Origin: Azolla caroliniana
Taxonomy: Eukaryota > Plantae > Polypodiophyta
Direction: 5' to 3'
Length of the DNA stretch: 10,118 bases
Assembly: GCA_043228905.1 (NCBI GenBank)
Contig: JBHGNT010001300.1
Location: 1-10,118 of the forward strand
Position numbers and translations under genes: made by a program. Every line of letters starts with the position of its first letter. Positions within the stretch are counted from its first letter, which is position 1. Below the pieces are notes generated by a model, which was given only the letters and a program-made list of their open reading frames with translations, did not search any database and had not been told where the DNA came from. Below, piece by piece: positions 1 to 7,723 of the stretch.

Positions 1-1
1 C

Positions 2-649
2 GCTGATTCTGATAGTTCTTCTCCAGCTTCTTCTACTCTGAGTAGCTCGTCTGAATCTGAAGGCGAAAGAAGAAGAAGAAGCACAAGAAAGATAAAGAGC
101 AGGAACAAGAAGTCAGGTAGATCTGACAGAAGCAGAAAAAAATCATCAAGAATTGAATCGGACTCTGGCAGTGATGACAGTGGTTCTTATTCAGACTCGG
201 AAAGTTCTGAAAGTAGTTCAGATTCAGGCACTGAAGAAGATGAACGAAGTCAGAAGAGAGAAGTGCAGAAGAACAGGAATAAGAAAGTGTCATATTCTGA
301 TTCCGATAGCTATGAGAAGACTAAGAGGAGAAAGAAAAACCATAGTCGGAAGCGGAGTAGAGCGAGTTCTGAGTCTGAATCTGAATCTGAATCCGAATCT
401 GACAGCTATGATAAGAAAAGAAACAGAAAGAAAGGAAATCATAACAGAAGAACATATTCAAAATCCGAATCTGAATCAGATTCGGGTTCGGATTCAGAAA
501 CTGATTCTGGACGGGATTCTGACAATCTGAAAAATAGGAGCAAAAAATTACCTAAACATGGAAAAACTTCAGAATCTGACTTTGATGACAAGAGTAGAAA
601 GAATGAGAAGAAGACATCTGGGGACGACAAAAAGAGGAAGAAATTTTGA
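2..649 (+). CDS. 3' part (terminal exon, 5'-truncated by the window) of a gene encoding a Ser/Asp/Glu- and Lys/Arg-rich low-complexity C-terminus; probably a nuclear RNA-processing or splicing-associated protein
   Basis: Frame 2 is open from base 2 to TGA at 647-649: ADSDSSSPASSTLSSSSESEGERRRRSTRKIKSRNKKSGRSDRSRKKSSRIESDSGSDDSG...SESESESESESDSYDKKRNRKK...GDDKKRKKF*. This extends ORF 263..649 upstream. Acidic/Ser blocks alternate with basic NLS-like blocks, and AT-rich UTR-like sequence follows the stop. The family cannot be fixed from a low-complexity tail. Confidence 0.8.
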   Translation, partial: ADSDSSSPASSTLSSSSESEGERRRRSTRKIKSRNKKSGRSDRSRKKSSRIESDSGSDDSGSYSDSESSESSSDSGTEEDERSQKREVQKNRNKKVSYSDSDSYEKTKRRKKNHSRKRSRASSESESESESESDSYDKKRNRKKGNHNRRTYSKSESESDSGSDSETDSGRDSDNLKNRSKKLPKHGKTSESDFDDKSRKNEKKTSGDDKKRKKF

Positions 650-1059
650 CATGAAAGGCAAATGATGTTACTTTGATTCTGTTAATGTAGGAAATGCAAA
701 TGCTTATCAGTTTATGTACCAGGAAGAACTTTTGACGAGCTGAATGAGTTAATTTCAGCAGTATAATTCTTTAAAGTTTGATGTCTCATCAGTTACGTAA
801 CAGGAAAAAGTTTCATCAAGAAAAAACCGTCATTTTAAGCATAGCTCCGTGGCTTCTTAACAGTTTATGTGACAGGAAGTTCTGGCATGAAAAAAACTAT
901 TCATTTCCATACAGTTTATGTATGCACTAGAAGTTTTATGTAACATGAAGAAGCTTTGGCAAGACCAGTTAATTTGGATAATTTTGATGTAAGCACCAAA
1001 ACTTCTTATCAGTTGATGTTATCATTACATGCTGTTCAAATTAACAAGCTTTACATAAG

Positions 1060-1255
1060 CAGTACAACTGCATATCCTTCCATCTTGTGCTATGGTTATT
1101 CTTATTATGTTTTCTTGCAGGATTCCAACAACACGAATTATCAAGCATTAATGTGTAACATTGTTGAAGCTTGATACAAATATTATAACTTCACATCGTA
1201 CCATGTTATGCTATGGTTACTATTATGCAATGCTTGCAGGATTTCAATAAAGCAC
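1060..1255 (+). repeat. Degenerate tandem duplication (period ~120 bp); each copy ends in a splice-acceptor-like YTTGCAG|G
   Basis: gctatggttattcttattatgttttcttgcaggattccaa (1089-1128) vs gctatggttactattatgcaatgcttgcaggatttcaa (1210-1247). Confidence 0.7.
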
Positions 1256-1379
1256 TCAATCGACATTCAGTTTTCTCATTGATAAGAAGATTTCACGGAA
1301 ATTAGTCTTATATTTCTTATTGTTGGTTTGCTCTATCTGTATTTGCCATAAAATGTACATTGATTTCCTTTCTATAATG

Positions 1380-1790
1380 GATTGTGAAACTGTTGGGTGC
1401 ACCATCATGGACCTATATGTTCACCATGACATTCTTATCCTCTCGGTGCAATGGAACAATATGAAATGAGAAAGGGTTCGAGCAAACAGGATCTGGCAAT
1501 GTCTGTAATGGATTGGAACCCTGCAATGTTGAAGTCTGTTGTTCCATTGCAAATGCTCATAAGTCTTCTCAAAATGATTATACAAGAATAGGTAGCATGG
1601 TTGTCACATGTAACAATGCAGCATATGAATTCAGGAATTTGGCCATGTCTGGCTATGTCAAAATGCCAAACGTCATTTTAAAGATGTTTTGGAAACGCCA
1701 AATAAACATTGTGATAGCACTGCTTGGTTCTGCACACATACAAGCAAGATCCTTAAAAGTACTAATGTTTAGGAGTACGAAAAGATAATC
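1380..1790 (+). pseudogene. Decayed pentatricopeptide-repeat (PLS-class-like) gene remnant
   Basis: Translated patches resemble PPR consensus: DCETVGCTIMDLYV (from 1380), NGLEPCNVEVCCSIANA...YTRIGSMV, and AMSGYVKMP...LKMFWKRQ...VIALLGSAHIQA (ORF 1513..1788). Frames are broken and motifs shortened. Recognised by eye only. Confidence 0.45.
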
Positions 1791-3025
1791 CTTGAAATAG
1801 CATCCCCTTGGGCCCTTCCACAACAGGTCAAGCTGAGAATGATCACCAATATGATTTTTCATTCAATTAAATTCAAGCACGCATCAAGTTATTTTGCACA
1901 CCCTTGGACAACCATTCTCTGATACTTCCTTTTCAGAATCAATAGAGATGAAAGCAAACATTGCCCTTGCATCCCAGTAAACAGGTCCAGTGCCTCTCCT
2001 CTGAATCGGTAAAGAAGAAAGTAGACCAAGCCCTTCAAATTACTTAACTGGTGTCCTGCACCTATCTTTATTTAGTGAGTAGTAAGGAGAATGTCTTTGC
2101 TCATTGTTGCCAAAGTATCATGTACTGAGTTTCTATATACACAAATGTGCGATATTGCCTTTCCTGTGCCTTTGTGAGAATATAAACTTTACGAAGTGTC
2201 ATGCATCAATCTAACATCTATAAATGTTGTAATAAAGGTATATTAAGTTTAGAAGTGCCTGATACTTAACCTACCTGAAGAAAGGCTTCGAAATAAAAAG
2301 GCATGAGAGTGCTTCATAGTACATACTTCGTAAGATTGGTTTTTCAATAAAAAACATTGTTAGGAATACCACGTGCATATGGTTAATTGCTTCAAAAAAA
2401 TGATGTTCACGAGACTCTTTTCTTTGATAAATTTCATGTTGTATTCCATATCCGAGCAACTGAAAGAGTGCACTATTTACTGAATTGAGACAAATCAGAT
2501 CTGTGTAAACACTGGAATATCAAAGCATTGATTTAAATCACAAAATGTTGTGATTTGTCTGAAATAATCTGTTTGGAAAAACGAAAATGAGATATAGGAA
2601 TCCATCACAGATATGAAATGTCAATATTATCCACTGCCAACTCAACTCATAAGGTTGCAGAATGGAGATCAACATGATGGTTCCATTAACAATAGTTTTT
2701 ATTGCAAATCTCTGTATACCATTTGACTATACAGCCTTTCCTCCTCTGCTGCTTTAATCAGAAGAAATACATGCTGCTTTTAACCTAATTTCAGATCCAT
2801 CTACCTCAAAAGCTCGAAAATCTGGTCTTCTTGCTCACATGAGCATTGCTATCATAATTAATCCAAAATAAACAATGATAAACCTCTCCACACAGAATGC
2901 CAACCAATAAGTTCACACTGTATTGCATTTTCTTCTTAAACACTTCCGCTTACCCATGACCCAATTGCGAATTCTACAGAACTGCACACTACCTTGTTGT
3001 CGATTCAATAAAGAGGAATGGGAGA

Positions 3026-3218
3026 TTAGGTTATCTGTTTGGTAGCAAAATATTGAGAAGCTAACTGCGGTCATGCCGAATGTATGCGTGTCACATTTCG
3101 GATGTATGGGCGTGTCGTGCAAACAAGGTCATTAAATATCAAGTAATCGGGCTATTTCCCAAACAAAACTGAATCAGATGTGGGGTGAATGGAAACAACT
3201 TGTCCACTTGACATAGCC
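3026..3218 (-). pseudogene. RID1: Terminal exon of a DEAH-box RNA helicase pseudogene (RID1/DEAH10, DHX33-like; OB-fold region)
   Basis: After acceptor tttttgtag| (AG at 3220-3219) it reads (R)AMSSGQVVSIHPTSDSVLFGK*PDYLIFNDLVCTTRPYIRNVTRIHSA*PQLASQYFATKQIT*. This matches the DEAH C-terminal pattern V.IHPSSVLF..KP..VIFNELV.T...YIRNVTRI...WL.ELAP.YF. Premature TAG at 3154-3152 and TGA (in place of Trp) at 3073-3071; terminal TAA at 3028-3026. Confidence 0.88.
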
Positions 3219-3378
3219 CTACAAAAACGCTCAAAATTGGTTAGCACAAGTAGATGCCACTCAACTTCACCATAGTTTCTAGAATGCCACTCACATTAAC
3301 TAAATTCCGAAACCACCACAAAATAAGGCGGAATTGATATATCACAATAGGATGGAAACCACAACTAATTCTCATTAA

Positions 3379-3515
3379 TTGTAAGTGTCATCTGGCTGCC
3401 TACACCAGTATTCAAGACGAAGCCAGCATTCAAACATCGACGAAACTGTGTCCAGTCACCAGCGCAAGAAACAATGGACAAGCAGCCCATTCCACATATG
3501 TATCGTTCATTTTGC
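3379..3515 (-). pseudogene. RID1: Penultimate exon of the same DEAH-box helicase pseudogene
   Basis: After acceptor catttcag| (AG at 3517-3516): (R)QNERYICGMGCLSIVSCAGDWTQFRRCLNAGFVLNTG, then a 1-nt frameshift to RQPDDTY. Compare the RID1/DHX33-type SCG.D..QFRRCL.A.FFLNAA..QPDGTYR. The expected GT donor after TY is absent (tacaa|ttaatg). Confidence 0.85.
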
Positions 3516-4246
3516 CTGAAATGATTAACAATAAAATGAAGATAAATGTTCCAACTTGCTTTCCTTATCAGTATGCATACCCAGAGGTAACAGAAAACAT
3601 TTTTTAGATAAATTGGAACACCTAAGTGTGACTTTAATGAAGCCCAGTTTTTATGCATCTAGGCTTTACGAGAATCTATTCTTTTAAGTAGAAAAAAACA
3701 TGTAAAGTTTTACAAATATACATAAGTGAATATTTTTTACAGGTATTCACGTTTGTAATAAGGGGTCTGGCCCATCACAGAGTTACAGTTTGCAAATAGT
3801 ATTTTGATCCTCGGTACTTTGTGACACCATCAATTCTCATATGAGAGACAGCAAAGATCAAGTATCAAAACCATACATAATATAAAGCCAAACACAAAGT
3901 GAGAAGTGAATGAGTGGCATCAAGCATTTCTCTTTCCATATGGTCATTTCTCTCTATTAAGCCATTGATTATCGTAGAATATCTTTTGCATCTATGTTGA
4001 GCAGCTATTTAGCCTCACTTAAATTTGTATTATTTTCTCTAGTCGACAAAAAATATTACAATGGCTACCTTATGAGAAGTTTGTCAAAGAGGAAGCCAAT
4101 ATGATATGCATTTGGAACGTACCTAAAACAAATTTACATGGTGGCCAGCACAATTGAGTGAACAATGAATGCTTACAGAAATTTCACAAAGAAACACAAT
4201 CGTAAAAACTAAATGACTTGTCCATAGAGCACATTTCTAGTAATGA

Positions 4247-4268
4247 ATATATATATATATATATATAT
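4247..4268. repeat. (AT)11 microsatellite
   Basis: Uninterrupted AT run from 4247 to 4268. Confidence 0.95.
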
Positions 4269-4360
4269 ACATTCATCTCAAGAATCAAGGCATATGTTAT
4301 AGAACCTGCACAAATCTTGTAGTCCTTACTGCATAGGGCAAGGCTTATAGTGGAATATAC

Positions 4361-4680
4361 TGTGAATATACATAAGACCAACCCAAAACGTTGGCCAAAC
4401 CTCTAGACACAAATCAATTCTTAAGATGCGCATAAATGTGTTAAAAGGCTGAATGACAAACACAGATCATTTCTTAAGATGCACATAAATGTGTTCAACG
4501 GTTGAACGAAGATCATAATGTGAATATGCATAGAACAAACCAAAGCAGAGGAGCTACACAAAAAGGCGATAGTTTAAGATTCATGTGAGAGTATTGGAGA
4601 GCTGAGAGTGTATTACAATGTGAATATACATAGGACAAATCGAATCATGGAACTTCATAAACAGAACAACTGTTAGGATG
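4361..4680. repeat. Degenerate ~100-105 bp tandem repeat with an internal 53-bp duplication
   Basis: tgtgaatat(a/g)cata occurs at 4361, 4519 and 4619. acaca(a/g)atca(a/t)ttcttaagatgc(g/a)cataaatgtgtt occurs at 4407 and 4460. Confidence 0.7.
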
Positions 4681-4969
4681 CATAAAAGGTATGGGAAGGT
4701 GAAGAATGGAACACATTAATGTCTGTTATGCACTTCCCTTCTAAAATCACTGTTTGGCACCATCTGCTAAGATTTTTCAATTAGTCTATGGATCTAAATG
4801 TGAACAGCAATGTCACATTCATAGTAAAGAAAGCAATTGTTATTGTGAATCGTGATGTTTGCAATCAGCACACAAAACACTTTTTGAAAATAAAAATGAA
4901 GTTGATCACAATCATAGGTTTAAATGTGATAACATTGCCTTATAAAAAGGAACTGGTAATAAATAAATG

Positions 4970-5080
4970 GTCTTTATAGAAAAGATTAGGTGCGTGTAGT
5001 GTAGGTTTGCCTTCACCAATCATCACAAGAGTGTCATTCTTTCGAATTTCTTCACCCAATTTGACCCAATTTATTTTCGC
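4970..5080 (-). pseudogene. RID1: N-terminal fragment of the DEAH-box helicase pseudogene with a broken Walker A motif
   Basis: After acceptor gtgttgcag| (AG at 5082-5081): AKINWVKLGEEIRKNDTLVMIGE-GKPT. The family pattern is .LVEEVRKNDTLIIVGETGSGKTT, so the TGS codons are missing. Confidence 0.75.
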
Positions 5081-5264
5081 CTGCAACACAACAAGACGAT
5101 AGGTGCATACACTATCATGATTCATGACCTGACAATCAATGGATGGAGAGAGTTTATTACGAAAAAACATGTGGATTCAAGCTGCTTAGGAAGATGTATA
5201 AAATATGAGGGCCTATCTACCCTTCATATTACACATGTTACATTCAGAAGGTTTAACTCTCAAG

Positions 5265-5692
5265 TAACAATCAGCAACGCTTCGGTTTGAGACTTTCAAA
5301 ACCGAATCATTTTAAAATTTTGAAACTTGAACCGAACCACCAAACCGTTATAAAAAAATTCAAACTGTTAAAACCGCGGTTTTCGTGGTTCGGTTTTCGG
5401 TTTTCAACTTAGGTCAAATTTTAAAATATTTCATTATTTTAAATTTCAATTTTTCGAAATTTTAAAGATTTTCCTTAAATGTGAGAATAAGGCTTGAAAA
5501 TGAAAAGATTGTTTAAAACGAAATTTTTAATTTATAATTTATTTTAAAACAATAAATAAAAATAAAAATAAACAATGGTTTCTAGCTGTTCAAACCGAAC
5601 CGAACTGTTAAAAATAACCTGAACTTGAACCACACCGAACCAAATCATTTAAACTGTTAAGCCATTAAGTCACGGTTTCGCGGTTTCGTTCG
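5265..5692 (+). mobile_element. hAT-type MITE copy A (one TIR only; distal end truncated or diverged)
   Basis: Starts TAACAATCAGCAACGCTTCGGTTTGAG, the same TIR as copies B and C. It has AAACCG/CGGTTT subterminal arrays and is colinear with C and with the reverse complement of B. No matching right TIR and no second copy of the 8-bp left flank (ctctcaag) was found. End coordinate is approximate. Confidence 0.75.
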
Positions 5693-6346
5693 ATTATCCA
5701 ATCTATTCAACTTTTTTGTTTACTTTAATTTAGTTTGTTTGATTAGTGTGAGATTTTAACATGAGGGTTTCTTCTCTTCCGCACTCGAGCTTTATTTATC
5801 GATACTTCTTTTATAACTTTTCCTTGCTCGTGTGCTCGTAGTTATTTCAATGTGCAACTAGCAATTAACAGTCAGCAACAGTTTGGTTTGGTTTCAACGG
5901 ATAGAAACCGCAGTTTATATGGTTTAACGGATTTTTTTTAATTAAAAATTTTATATTATTATTATTATTTTAAATAATCTTTTCATTTTTAAGCCTTGTT
6001 CAATTTAAAAATTTAAATTTGACCTAAGTTGAAAACCGAAACCGAACCACGAAACCGTGGTTTTTAACGATGTCGCGAAGTTTTGCGCACGTGTGTTACT
6101 TGGGCGGGACCAAGTGGGGTCTTGGACTAGGGAGTACTCAACGGATAGAGAAGACCCGAGGTTTGCTTTACGACAATACTACTTCCCGACCCCTTCCCGT
6201 GCAAGGTCTCGTTGCCCTTTGTTTTGTGAGGCCGTTGGCTCTCGTTGATCACGACTCGTCGACCTTTCGAGATCACCGCACGAGCCAAGTGACCAAACGG
6301 GTACAAGCAAGACGAGCATGCAACATGAACGCACAAGGGGACGATA

Positions 6347-7083
6347 ACACAAACACGAATGTCCGTACGTCTTTATGAGGAGGAGAGGTGCATGGGCACG
6401 CCCAAACGCTCCCTCATCACAAGACGTCGAACGTACGAGGAAGACACAAAACACATGCACAAATGCTTGTACGCCTTTATGAGGAGGAGAGGTGCATGGG
6501 CACGCCCGAAACGCCCCCTCGTCACGAGACGGTTGAACGTACGAGGAAGACACAAACACACACACAAAATGCTCGTACGCCTTTATGAGGAGGAGAGGTG
6601 CATAGGCAAGCCCGAAATGGTCCCTCGTCACGAGACAACCGAACATACAAGGAAGACACAAACATACACACAAATGCTCGTACGTCTTTATGAGGAGGAG
6701 AGGTGCATGGGCACGCTTGAAACGGTCCCTCGTCACAAGACGACCGAACGTACAAGGAAGACACAAACACACAAACAAATGCTCGTACGCCTTTATGAGG
6801 AGGAGAGGTGCATGGGCAAGCCCGAACGGTCCCCTCGTCACAAGACAGCCGAACGTACAAGAAAGACACAAACACATGCACAAAATGCTCGTATGCCTTT
6901 ATGAGGAGGAGAGGTGCATGGGCAAGCTCAAAACGGTCCCTCGTCACAAGACGGCCAAACGTACATGGAAGACACAAACACACGCACAAATGCTCGTACG
7001 TCTTTACGAGGAGGAGAGGTGCATGGGCATGCCCGAAATGCTCCCTCGTCATAAGACGAGCAAACGTACAAGGAAGACACAAA
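6347..7083. repeat. Tandem array of 7 units of 104-106 bp inside the solo LTR
   Basis: ttta(t/c)gaggaggagaggtgcat starts at 6372, 6476, 6582, 6687, 6792, 6898 and 7003 (periods 104, 106, 105, 105, 106, 105). The whole unit is conserved and there are no unique spacers. Confidence 0.97.
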
Positions 7084-7567
7084 TAAAGAAAGAATGGGAG
7101 AAAGAAACACAAATGATATTGACCAAAGAGATAAATACGTCTTCGATTCCAACGCAAGAGGACCCTTTATAAAATAGGGTTTTGTTTACGATGACAACTT
7201 ATAGTTAACCACAAGCTCAATCAAAACGTAAATATTAAATGCCTTTAGAGACAAAAGCAAATCCGAACTCGGCGAAGATGAACACACAAGCACCACCAAA
7301 ATGCCAATCCCAACGAACCACAACCACCCGAACGGCGAGCACACGGGCTCGCAACGACGAACGGGGAGGAGCAATGTCGAACCAACGAAGCTTGGGCTCA
7401 CGAGCACTTCGAGTGCCAACGCGAAGAAGACGAGCACGTGGCGATGGGGAGATGAAGGGGTATGAGATGAAGAGAAGTGGTGAATAAGAAGATGAAGAGC
7501 TTCGAAGGAAAATTGGCAATAGTCTCTTCCTCCCAAAACGTCCTCCTGAATGAGCCCCCCTCGACCT

Positions 7568-7578
7568 CCTTCTATAGG
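7568..7578 (-). promoter_or_regulatory. Putative LTR TATA-box-like element (CCTATAGAAGG)
   Basis: The minus strand reads ttcctatagaaggaggtcgaggggggctcattc, resembling the CCTATAAAAGG context of plant LTR promoters, ~365 bp from the minus-strand 5' end of the LTR. Confidence 0.45.
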
Positions 7579-7640
7579 AAAAAAAGAAGAGGGGGTCGCC
7601 AAATTTGTCTTCAATGAAAAAGGAATAAAATTCCTTAAAT

Positions 7641-7723
7641 CACACTGCATTGTACATCTAGATTTGAACCGTGCACCTCTAGCTAGTAAGCAATGTAACT
7701 ATCTACTAACCCACTAACTCTCT
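7641..7723 (-). other. tRNA/SINE-like segment with a Pol III B-box
   Basis: Minus strand: AGAGAGTTAGTGGGTTAGTAGATAG...AGAGGTGCACGGTTCAAATCTAG. B-box GGTTCAAATC at 7670-7661 with a weak A-box ~40 nt upstream. Flanked by the direct repeat cttaaat (7634-7640, 7724-7730). Confidence 0.35.

Noticed and set aside
33-630. ORFs 33..293 (-), 153..530 (+) and 439..630 (-)
   Set aside because: Shadow frames of the low-complexity frame-2 CDS.
2913-3122. ORF 2913..3122 as an exon
   Set aside because: It is in a different frame from the DEAH homology, which ends at TAA 3028-3026.
3640-4000. Additional helicase exons (e.g. EMLDAT, DGPDPL patches)
   Set aside because: Similarity is too weak to support by eye.
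6365-7060. Hammerhead ribozyme/retrozyme in each unit (CTTTATGAG...GAAAC...GTC)
   Set aside because: The core reads CUUUAUGA rather than CUGANGA, stem II does not form properly, and GAAAC is not conserved across units. An Infernal search with hammerhead models would settle it.
6347-7083. CRISPR-like array
   Set aside because: Whole 105-bp units are conserved with no unique spacers, no cas genes are present, and the array lies inside a eukaryotic LTR.
6057-7172. Overlapping long ORFs, including the 35-aa repeat MLVRLYEEERCMG...
   Set aside because: They are by-products of a stop-poor tandem repeat. The 104- and 106-bp units shift frame, and ORFs appear in most frames on both strands.
7186-7650. 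ORFs 7186..7650, 7235..7519 and 7239..7487
   Set aside because: GC-richer LTR sequence with no gag, pol or other recognisable motif.
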